This document shows positions 1 to 9,825 of a DNA stretch of 64,000 bases, in pieces; the first letter of the stretch is position 1, and every line of letters starts with the position of its first letter. The DNA is taken from contig CM052818.1 in NCBI GenBank assembly GCA_028534125.1, forward strand, positions 30,196,001-30,260,000, given 5' to 3'. This DNA comes from Lama glama. Taxonomy: Eukaryota. The translations under genes were made by a program, and so were the position numbers. Under the pieces are notes generated by a model. It was not told where the DNA came from and did no database searches. It was given only the letters and a program-made list of their open reading frames with translations.

Positions 1-759
1 TTAAACATAAGGATAAGTTTAACAGAAATTCATAAATATTCTATTTCACATTATATCCAGAACTTGATTGATTTTACTACAATCTATGCCCTTGCCTTTT
101 TACTTGGGAATTGATTCTAATGACTTTTAAATGTCTCTTTAGTAAATTAAATAAACACTCCCTCAGGTGTAAAGCTAGCAGAGGATACAGTGGGGTATTT
201 CCCTCTCCTGGGTCAGTTGGGCTCTGTTAATATCCCAGTAGGTGAGACTCTGATAAAGTAATTGATGCTGAGGTCAGGCATTGTGAGGAAATATAGAATG
301 TTCTGGGCATATTTCGAAATGATTACTTTCTCCCTCCCCTTGCTGGAAGCAAGAGTATTTTTCTCTGCTCTTCACTATGAGAATTTGCTAGGGCTCCTGG
401 AGGTAAAACTCACACAAGCATGGGGGTCTTCCTAAGACTGGCCCCTCCTGGTGATTTCATCTGTCAGACTTGTCCACACTGACCCTCTAGGAATTGGTCA
501 ATTAATTTACGGTTTCCTACCTGGATACTGGTCCCTCACAGGAGTGTCTGCTCCTTGTGGGTTTTCTGCTCCAATAAGTAGTGATTTTGTAGCTGCCTGT
601 CTCTTCCATTCGGGGGCAGCAGTTTGCCCTGTGACTTCAATTCTCTGATAGATATAAGAGTTGTTCATTTTCAGTTTATTCAGCTTTTTACTTGATGTTA
701 GGATGGAGTTACAACTTCCCTGCCTGCCAGACCAGAAATCAGAAGCCAAAAAATTTTTT

Positions 760-2745
760 TTAAATAGAAATTAATAAACTTATTTTAAAATTTATATGGA
801 AATGCAAACAATTCTGAAAAAGAGGAAAATTAAAGAATTTAAACTACCAGATTTCAAGACTTACTATAAGGATAGAATAAACAAGACAGTGTGATATTGG
901 CATAAGGATAGACATAAATCAGTGGAAGAGAATAGAGTCCAGAAGTAGATTCATAAATTCAATGAGTAAAAGATATTCTTCCTAACCAATCATGATTGAA
1001 AAACTGGTATGCCTGTGAGGAAAAGATGAACCTCAACTCCTTATCTAACATCATAAACAAAAATTAGCTCAAAATGGATCAATGGCCTAAATGTAAAAGC
1101 TAAAACTATAAAACCTCTAGAAGAAAACTTAGTTGAAAATTTTTGTGACTCAGGATAACAATGATTTTGTAGACAGGACACAAATAGCATAAATCAGAGA
1201 GGAAAAAAATTAGTAAGTTGGACTTCATAAAAATGAAAATGTTTTGCTCTTCAAAAGATGCAAAAGAATAAAAAGCAAACCATTGTATTAATCATGTTTT
1301 CATTTTCTATATTTTATGATGTTTTGATATCTTGGGGCTTTGCTGGCCAGAAGAGACTGCCCCTACCAGGGCTAGCTAATTCCTAGGGAAAAAAAAAAAA
1401 AACTACCTATGAATGTGACTTTTATATATCTAAACCAACCGATTCAAAGACCCTATCCCCAATCACCAACTTTATTGAACTCTCGCACACCAAGCCAATA
1501 TTTCCCCTGCCCTAAATCTCTCCTGGGCCACCCTTATAGCTCAGAGTCTGCTGAAATTACTCAAACTATCCAATCTTAAAGTAGTTCAAACACGCCTACT
1601 CTGCCTCATCCATTCCTTCCTATGATAACCATTTAGAGGCTCCGGGCTAAGCTTTCTCCTTTTCTGCCTCCTGATCAACTCTGGTTCTTTCCTATGAGGC
1701 CCCAGGTGGCCCTGTGTGACACAGCAGGCCCTCCTCGGGAACTGTAAGTAATAAAACTTCTTTCACTGGCATTGACCTTTCCATTTTGTCACTCAGTTCT
1801 TTCGATAAATTAAATCCCAGGAACAATCAAAACCACCACAGATGATGAGAAACTAGTCACAATACATATATCTGACAAAAAAACTTGCATCTTGAATCTA
1901 TGAAAAACTCTTAAAAGTCAATAATGAAAAGACAACCCAATTTGTAGAATAGACAAAAGATTTGTCCAGACACTTCACAAAAGATTTATAAATGAACAAT
2001 AAAATACGTGAAAAGATGCTCAACATCATTAGAAATCAAGAAAATGAAAATTAAAACTATAAAATGAGATACCACTAACCACTCATTAGAATGACTAAAG
2101 TTAAAAGATAATGCCAAATGCTGGAACTTTCGATTTTATCTGCTGGTAGGCATGTAAAATGATATAACCACTTTGAAAAACAGTTTGGCACTATCTATAA
2201 AATTAACATACATTCACCATATGACCCAGAAATTCCATTTCTATGTATTTACCTAGTAGAAATGAAAACATATGTCCACAAAGATACTTACATGAATGTT
2301 CATAGAAGCTTTATTCATGATAGCCAAAAAACTGGAAACAAATCAAACGTCCATCAACAGGAGAACTGGTAAGCAGATCGATCTGTTCCTACAATGAAAT
2401 AATGCTCAGCCATAAAAAGGACTGAATTACCAACACCTGCAAACAAAGCAAATCTCAAAAGCATGATAGTAAGTGAAAGGAACCAGACAAGAGTACATAC
2501 TACATTTGTCCACTTACATGAACTTCTAGAACAGGCTAAACCAATTTATATTTAAAGAATTCAGATCAGTGGTTGCTTTGATGGGGAATAGGAGGAACGA
2601 ACTATAAAGAGGCATAAGGGAAATTTCCACAGTGATGGGAATATCTAAATCCTAACAAGGTTATTACCAACTTGGGTGTATATATTTGTCAAAGCTCTTT
2701 GCATGTTATTCCATGTAAATTATACCTCAATGAAACTGATTTTTT
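760..2745 (+). mobile_element. Old L1 (L1M) ORF2 3' part and 3'UTR, interrupted by the LTR
   Basis: Typical L1 motifs: aaactaccagatttcaagacttactataag, aaaagatgctcaacatcattag, ccatatgacccagaaattcc, tgtaaattatacctcaat. Confidence 0.85.
1284..1835 (+). mobile_element. Solo LTR (probably ERV1 class, family uncertain) inserted in an old L1
   Basis: TG...CA termini, 4-bp flanks ccat/ccac, internal AATAAA at 1750-1755; the L1 sequence resumes on both sides (aagcaaacca|...|ccacagatgatgagaaa). Confidence 0.7.
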
Positions 2746-2925
2746 AAATGAGGCAGTTTAATACTTAACTGATATAGAAAGGTCTCAAAAATATAGTATA
2801 TGAAAAAAAACAGATGTCAAACGTTATGTATAGCTATTTTTTTTAGTGTGGAAGAAAAGAATAAATACGAAAGTGACAATGGTTGCTGCCTGATAGTTTC
2901 TGGTTCTGTTTTGTTGGTTTTACAG

Positions 2926-3041
2926 AATAAGGAAACATTTTAGAGAAAGAGGACAATATTGGAGTCATCTTTGACCTGTCTATTTGGAAATAATATTGTC
3001 TATTGAGATATAGAAAATTGGAAAGCTTTTATTCAGAACAA
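2926..3041 (+). CDS. NLRC4: NLRC4 exon that is almost all 5'UTR; only its last base (A3041) is coding, as the A of the split ATG
   Basis: Acceptor ttttacag ends at 2925; exon ends ...attcagaacaA|gtaagt (donor 3042). Joining A3041 to TG at 6026 gives acaATG AAT TTC (MNF), the NLRC4 N-terminus. No ATG inside the exon. Confidence 0.85.
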
Positions 3042-3419
3042 GTAAGTATACTGGAAATAAAATCTACCTGATTATGTAGTGTATTACCAAAACTGGATGA
3101 TGTTGAACGGAATATCAGTTCATGCCTTCCTCTGATCAGTTATATGTGGAATTCCCATCAAATATTCTTCCGTGGTTTTGAGAATTCAGTTATAAAAATG
3201 GCAGCCTGTGATAAATGGCAGAACTACAGATAGGCTACGACTTTCACAAAGAGTAACCAGGTGTGTGTTTTAAAATATTGGCCCCCTGCCATCACCTATT
3301 CAGTCTTATCTTCCCAGTCAGATAGCAGAGAGCTATACCTGTCAAGATCATTGTGAAGAAACATGATGTAGATCTAAGTGGCAGCCAAAATGTAACTCTT
3401 GTTGTAGACTTGGTGTAGA

Positions 3420-3637
3420 CTGTGCTATCCAATGTAATTAGTATCAGTAGCCATATGTATCTATTTAAATGTGAATTTAAATAAACAAAAATAAAATAAA
3501 ATTTAAAATTCAATTGCACATTCACACTAGCGACGTTTCAAGTGTTCAGTAGCCACATGTGTCTAATGGCTACACTACTGGGCAGAGCACATATAGAACA
3601 TGTTCATCATCTTAGAAAATTCTCCTGCACAGCACTA
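3420..3637 (-). mobile_element. MER3-like hAT-Charlie MITE
   Basis: Internal repeated gtagccacatgtg motifs, tttcaagtgttcagtagccacatgtg, tagaacatgttcatcatc; matches the recalled MER3 consensus. Confidence 0.75.
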
Positions 3638-4699
3638 GTCTAAACAGAGAGATTCTGATAAGAATGAATACTGAATGAATGAATGAATGAATGAGCAGCA
3701 TGGTTTTCATCTAATTACTTGATAAGAGAGGAGTATGGTAGCCCACACACAGGGAGATATACATGGTTAGTAATATGAACATCCTAGAGTTACACAGCAG
3801 TGCACTTTTCAAATTTTAAAATATTTTATGTCTGTGACTTATGTGACTTTATTCAGTCTTGTTCATGAGTCTTTTAAATAGTTAAAGTGTTGGTATCTTA
3901 ATTTTACAGCTGAAGAACTGTTGCCTTTGAAGGGCTAGTCTTGTGATCTTGTGGTGGTGGTCTCTAGGTCTTTCTGAGGCGACATTTCTTCAGCTGTGAA
4001 ATGAAGATAGTGACTAGAACCAGACTTAGAAGTTGTCTCCATAGAGAGGATGTAGAAGCCAAGAGAACAGATGAGATCGCAGAGAGAGAGAGATGAGAAT
4101 GCCTGACGGGCCATGCAGATGGGGATATGGTAACATTGCAGCTGAGGTGAGTAGCAGGGATCTGCAACAGAGAGGAAGGGGACCTGGGCTGGGGCCCTGG
4201 GGGTCTGAATGCCTGATGTGCATGCATTTCAGATGAGGGAAGCCTCGGGGCATTTGTGAGTAGACATCCACTTGGCTGAATCAAGAAAGATTTGAAAACC
4301 AGGAGCAGCCTAGCCTTGGAAGAAACTGGTGCAGACAGTGTCTGAGTGTACAACACCAGGGAGCCATGTCTCCGCACTGTCAGGGACTGCCTGGGAGAGT
4401 TAAATCTTGGACAGTCAGACACAGAGGCAGCTTCTCTAGGGAACCTCACTGTGAGAGGTAAGAGAGCTTACACTGAATACAGACAACTGTTTCGCAGTGA
4501 TACTCTTCAGAAAAGATTAAATTCTAAGGGGGATAAAATGTACTACTCCTTTGAGAGGTGACAGAAGGATAATGGCTATAAATAGTAGCTAACATGTATT
4601 AAGCCATTACTTTTGTATGAAATACTATTCATGAATTCTCATTACAACTTCATAAGTAAAATACTGTTCTCAACTCCATTGTACAGATAAGGAGACAAG

Positions 4700-4741
4700 A
4701 GGCATTCTCAGCACCTCGCTTTAAGTTTCAGCTACAATAAC
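4700..4741 (-). pseudogene. Truncated mitochondrial tRNA-Phe (5' ~42 nt) at the NUMT end
   Basis: Minus strand gttattgtagctgaaacttaaagcgaggtgctgagaatgcct resembles mt tRNA-Phe (GTTAATGTAGCTTAA...AAAGCAAGGCACTGAAAATGCCT) and directly follows the control region; the 3' part is missing. Confidence 0.85.
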
Positions 4742-5465
4742 AGGCTATATATCAGATTCGGGATGACATTAAAATGACATAGGGGCCCGTTAAAAATAGT
4801 TGTTGAATTTTGTTTTAAAAATTTTGGCAGATCTAGGGAGATAGCTGTCTATATATTTTGAATATATCTAAGTAGCACATTGGTAGGATACGGCTGTGTT
4901 GCCACTTAGGTAATTAAGTTCCATGTATAGGGTTTGTCTGGGTTCTATTAGCTTATATGCTATGTCTTGTTTTTGGGGTTTGGCAGGACTATCTGGTGCG
5001 TAGAGGGTAGAACTTGTGGGAGTTAAGGGGGGTTTGTTTAAGCAAGCTAATTACTTGCTTAACGTGTACGTACGTGTACGTGGGTGTACGTGGGTGTACT
5101 TAGATGTACATACGTGTACGTGGATGTATGTGGGTGTAAATTCGAACTATGTCCTGTAACCATTGACTGAATAACACCTTATGGTTTACTGATGCGGGTA
5201 AATGATGTTCATTCAAGTCCAGCTTCAATTGATTTGACTGCATCGGGGCCTCAGACAGCTATAGTGGAGTCCTTGCAAGTTACCTCCCTTAAAATTATAA
5301 AAATACCAATGCATGACACCACAGTTATGTGTGAGCATGGGCTGATTAGTCATTGGTCCATCGAGATGTCTTATTTAAGAGGAAAGTGTGGGCGATTTTA
5401 GGTGAGATGGTCCTGAAGTAAGAACCAGATGCCTGGTAAAGTTCCGGTATAGAAACCCCCACGAT
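4700..5465 (-). other. NUMT: nuclear copy of the mitochondrial control region (central conserved domain, CSB1, tandem repeat, CSB2, CSB3) running into tRNA-Phe
   Basis: Minus strand contains ggcatctggttcttacttcaggaccatctcacctaaaatcgcccacactttcctcttaaataagacatctcgatgga (central domain), CSB1 tattcagtcaatggttacaggacata (~5148-5173), (cac)gtacac-type repeats (~5062-5137), CSB2 caaacccccctta (~5024-5036) and CSB3 tgccaaaccccaaaaacaaga (4965-4985), in the canonical mtDNA order. Confidence 0.95.
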
Positions 5466-5649
5466 TCTTACTGTTTTGGTGAGAACTGATGGTTGAATTT
5501 TTGTGATTTTTGTTAGCCAGTTGACATATATTGTTAGCTTGAAATTGGCCACAGTGGAAATACTATAACATGAAGATTGGTACATGCTATGAATTTGGGC
5601 CTTTAACCTCAGAGAGCCAGTATGCTCAACGTTTAGCAGCATGGCACCG
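5466..5649 (+). mobile_element. MER63A-like hAT DNA transposon relic lacking its left terminus
   Basis: gccagttgacatatattgttagcttgaaattggccacagtgg...gagagccagtatgctcaacgtttagcagcatggcaccg aligns by eye to the recalled MER63A consensus; roughly the first 20 nt are absent at the NUMT junction. Confidence 0.7.
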
Positions 5650-6025
5650 AAATAGGTTCAAAGAGGTTTAGCAATTTGCCAAGGTTACCCAGATGGTAGC
5701 AACTAGCAGACGGTATGCAAGGCTCACTACTCGTAAGCCCAGTCTTACCACTGTGACCTCCCTTGAGGTCAAGGGACAAGATTACTTGCCTTACTTCATT
5801 ACCAACGAAAAAACATTTTGCTGACCAAGGACACTGGGGTTAGGGATGAAGGGCTTTACAGAGCTTTTCTTGAGGCCCTGAAATTCCATTTGGCATCTCC
5901 ATAACTCAGGATGAGCCCAAAGGAAAAAAATTGCATGACCCTAACTCTCTGGCAACATGATGCTGATGTGCACATTTTATGTAAATAAATAAATGAGTAT
6001 GTGTATTTCCACCCATTCCCCTTAG

Positions 6026-6286
6026 TGAATTTCATGAAGGAGAACAGTCAAGTCCTCATTCAAAGGATGGGAATGACTGTTATAAAGCAAATTGTGGACG
6101 AGCTATTTGTATGGAATGTCCTGAATCACGAAGAAGTAAACATCATTTGCTGCGAGAAGACTGAGCAGGATGCTGCGAGAGGAATCATTCACATGATTTT
6201 GAAGAAGGGTTCAGAAGCCTGTAACCTCTTTCTGAAATCCCTTGAAAAGTGGAACTACCCTCTGTTTCAGGACTTGCATGGTCTTA
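6026..6286 (+). CDS. NLRC4: NLRC4 CARD-domain exon (261 nt)
   Basis: Acceptor cccttag|TG, donor ctta|gtgagt; translates [33 protein letters not shown]...[12 protein letters not shown], the NLRC4 CARD. Confidence 0.97.
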
Positions 6287-6444
6287 GTGAGTATCAGTTT
6301 GCTTGTGTCTGTTGTACAGATAGAATAAACCATGAAGAAGATCCAAAACCCCCATGACAGAGCCTTTCCCCCGCTCCCTCCTCATCACACTGGGTAGTGG
6401 GCTTTGGTCCTGTTAAGGAAAAGCTCAGACACTCTCAGGAATAA

Positions 6445-6471
6445 AACAACAACAACAACAACAACAACAAC
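6445..6471. repeat. (AAC)9 microsatellite
   Basis: Counted directly. Confidence 0.95.
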
Positions 6472-6596
6472 TCCCACTAAATTACTCGATGGGGAGGCCA
6501 AATGAGTAACTCCAGGGGCAGGGAATAAATTATTTTTATAATCTGACTTCAAGTCAAACTGGGTGGACAATGAAGGCACTTAAGAAGTCAATGCAG

Positions 6597-6773
6597 GGGG
6601 GACGGTATAGCTCAGTGGTAGAGTGTGTGCTCAGCATGCACAAGGTCCTGGGTTCGATTCCCAGTACCACCATTAAAAGAATATATATATATAATTACGC
6701 TCCCTCAAATAAAATTAAAATGCAGCCAAACAAAAAATTCACAAATGAAACAAAATATAAAATATAAAAAAAC
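6597..6773 (+). mobile_element. tRNA-derived SINE (Vic-1-like, camelid)
   Basis: A-box tagctcagtgg, B-box ggttcgattcc, A-rich tail; TSD aagtcaatgcag at 6585-6596 and 6774-6785. Confidence 0.85.
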
Positions 6774-7102
6774 AAGTCAATGCAGTTTTATTATTTCAGG
6801 GCTTGACACTTTCTAGGCAGAATTAAATAATACTAGCTAGTGGTGACATGTTTATCTTTTTCTGCTTTTTATGAAAATGCCTGAAAACTTCCAAAATGAC
6901 ACATGGTGTTCAGACTTAGTTCTTAAGTAGTCTCTCTTTCTAAGCAATACTTTAAATTCACTTTAGTTATATTTCTATTATCACCTAATGTGAGAATGTG
7001 GACAGTGTGTGTGAAAATAGTAATAAGATGAATTGTACTGTTTAATAAAATAATGATAAAAAAAAGTCAATGCAGTAGTAGTTTTCAACATTCCTTAGTC
7101 TG

Positions 7103-7266
7103 TTTTTTATTTTTTGGGGGGAGGTGGGGAGGTTATTATATTTCTTTATGTATTTTTTAATTAACTTTTTTACTTTATTTTATTTTTTAGTGGAAGTACT
7201 GGGGATTGAACCCAGGACCTTGCACATGCTAAGCATGGACTCTACCACTGAGCTATATCCTCCCCT
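7103..7266 (-). mobile_element. tRNA-derived SINE (same family)
   Basis: Reverse complement of the same head (ggattgaacccaggaccttgcacatgctaagc...ctgagctata); TSD aaca[t/g]tccttagtctg at 7087-7102 and 7267-7282. Confidence 0.85.
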
Positions 7267-7830
7267 AACAGTCCTTAGTCTGATGAGGCCCATCTGTGGA
7301 CAAATGGCCCCCTGACTGTGATTCAAGTACCATGGTGAAGAGTCTGATTGACTAAGGGAGCATGATTCTGCCTTTCATGAAATGTTTATGTAGTTCTTAT
7401 TTCTTCAAATCAGTCAATTATTTCGTGATTGGTTTTAATTAATGTTTAATTAATGTCATTTCATGACAAGATTTTATGGTTAAGGCTTGATCTGCTACAA
7501 GTTACTCCTGACCATCATTCTCAGCCATAGCCCCACTTTTCTCACATAGTTTCCTTAACCCAAACTCTGGCTCCTCTGATTTCCAATCAGCTGCTATAAG
7601 ATTTGGTGGTGGAAAGGAGGAAACAAGGCAAAAGGGGAAGTACGGCAAAGGGTAACAGGGAAAAGCAGAAGTAAATATTTGGAACCCTTTCTGCGAGCTC
7701 AAAAATGAGGAGAGAAATTAAAGTCACCAAGGGAAGGTTCTCAGCATCACTCTCCCTTCATCCTCCTGAACTCTAGGTTCTGGGGAGACACAGAATTTGG
7801 TCTTCTTTAACCTAACCTCTTCTCTAACAG

Positions 7831-9825
7831 GTCTTTTTCATCAGATGTCAGAAGACGACTTAGATGTCTTGGCTCAGGATTTAAAGGACTTTTACCATAC
7901 TCCATCTTTTCTGAACTTCTATCCCCTGGGTGAAGATATTGACATTATTTTTAATTTGAAAAGAACCTTCACAGAACCTGTTCTGTGGAGGAAGGACCAA
8001 CACCATCACCGTCTGGAGCAGCTGACCCTGAGTGGCCTGCTGGACACTCTTCAGAGCCCCTGTATCATCGAAGGGGAATCAGGCAAAGGGAAGTCCACTC
8101 TGCTGCAGCGAATTGCCATGCTCTGGGCCTCTGGAGAGTGTCCGGCTCTGACCAAGTTCAAATTGGTCTTCTTTCTCCGTCTGAGCAGGGCCCAGGGAGG
8201 ACTCTTTGAAACCCTATGTGACCAACTCCTGGATATACCTGACACTATCAGGAAGCAGACTTTCATGGCCACGCTGCTGAAGCTGCGGCAGAGGGTTCTT
8301 TTCCTCCTTGATGGCTACAATGAATTTAAGGCCCAGAACTGCCCAGAAATCGATGCCCTGATAAAGGAAAACCACCGCTTTAAGAACACGGTCATTGTCA
8401 CCACCACCACGGACTGCCTGAGGCACATCCGGCAGTTTGGTGCACTGATTGCCGAGGTGGGGGACATGACGGAGGACAGTGCCCAGGCTCTCATCCGGGA
8501 AGTGCTGATAAAAGAGCTTGCTGAGGGCTTGTTGCTCCAAATTCAGAAATTCAGGTGCTTGAGGAATCTGATGAAGACCCCTCTCTTTGTGGTCATCACA
8601 TGTGCAATCCAGATGGGAGAAAGTGAGTTCCACTCTCACACACAGACCACACTGTTCCGTGCCTTCTATGATCTGCAAATAAATAAAAACAAGCACAAAC
8701 GTAAAGGGGTGGCTCCCAGTGAAGTTACTCGGAGCCTGGACCACTGTGGAGACCTAGCTCTGGAGGGCGTGTTCTCCCAGAGGTTTGATTTCGAACCAGA
8801 TGACTTGTCCAGCGTGAACGAGGATGTCCTACTGACAACGGGACTCCTCTGTAAATACACAGCGCAACGGTTCAAGCCAAAGTATAAATTCTTTCATAAA
8901 TCTTTCCAGGAGTACACAGCAGGGCGCAGACTCAGCAGTTTACTGACCTCTGGAGAGCCAGCAGAGGTGACCAAGGGGAACAGTCACTTACAGAAAATGG
9001 TTTCCATTTCAGACATTACATCCAAGTATAGCAGCCTGCTCCTGTACACGTGTGGGTCATCTGACGAGGCCACCAGGACTGTTCTGAAACACCTTGCATC
9101 AGTGTGTCAACACGGCAGCCTCCTCGGGCTTTCTGTCACCAAGAGGCCTCTCTGGAGGCAGGAGTCTATGCAAAATGTGAAAAGCACCACTGTGCAAGAA
9201 ACACTGAAAGACAGAAACATCAACTGCTTTACAGAGTGTGGCATCAATTTATTCCATGAGAGCATGTCCACATCAACCCTGAGGGAAGAATTTGAAGCTT
9301 TCTTTCATGGTAAAAGCTTATATATCAACTCACAGAACATCCCTGATTACTTATTTGACTTCTTTGAAGACCTGCCTAATTGTGCAAGTGCTCTGGACTT
9401 CGTAAAACTGGACCTTTACGGGGGAGCTGCAGCTTCGCTGGACAAGGCGGCAGGAGACATAAGCAGGACCCACACTCAAGAGTCCTCAGGAACCTATATT
9501 CCCAGCAGGGCTGTGTCTTTGCTCTTCAACTGGAAGCAGGAATTCAAGACCCTGGAGGTCACACTCCGGGATTTCTGCAAGTTGAATGAGCAAGATATAA
9601 AACATCTGGGGAAAATATTCAGCTCTGCTGCAAGCCTCAGATTGTGCATTAAGAGATGTGCCGGCGTGGCTGGAAGCCTCAGTTCAGTCCTCAGAACCTC
9701 TGAGAACATTCATTTCCTCATAGTGGAAGCCAGTCCCCTCACCTTAGAAGACGAGCAGCATATCACATCCGTGACAAACCTGAAAACCTTGAGGATTCAT
9801 GACCTACAGACTCAACGGCTGCCGG
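7831..9825 (+). CDS. NLRC4: NLRC4 large NACHT/HD1/WHD/HD2 exon plus start of LRR (1995 nt)
   Basis: Inside ORF 7797..9887. Walker A GESGKGKS, Walker [37 protein letters not shown] motif. Acceptor tctaacag|, donor ccgg|gtattg. Confidence 0.98.

Larger units (their letters stand above)
4585..5755 (-). mobile_element. MIR SINE split into two halves (~4585-4700 and ~5654-5755) by the NUMT and MER63A
   Basis: Left part ccattgtacagataaggagacaagaggc and right part aggttcaaagaggtttagcaatttgccaaggttacccag join into the MIR core (cccattttacagatgaggaaactgaggctcagagaggttaagtaacttgcccaagg). Confidence 0.7.

Noticed and set aside
3964..4449. 161-aa minus-strand ORF in an NLRC4 intron
   Set aside because: Non-ATG start, Ser/Pro/Leu-rich composition and no recognisable domain; likely a chance ORF.
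5062..5137. GTGTAC-type repeat array as a stand-alone satellite or CRISPR-like array
   Set aside because: It lies between CSB1 and CSB2 of the NUMT, where mitochondrial control-region repeats occur; there are no unique spacers and the DNA is mammalian.
6597..6675. tRNA-like sequences with A and B boxes (also near 7195-7265, 30150-30225, 63391-63470)
   Set aside because: They carry A-rich tails and TSDs, and the copies diverge from one another: SINE heads, not tRNA genes.
7985..9709. Overlapping alternative-frame and antisense ORFs (up to 176 aa) within the NLRC4 large exon
   Set aside because: Expected shadow ORFs of a GC-richer coding exon; no recognisable motifs.
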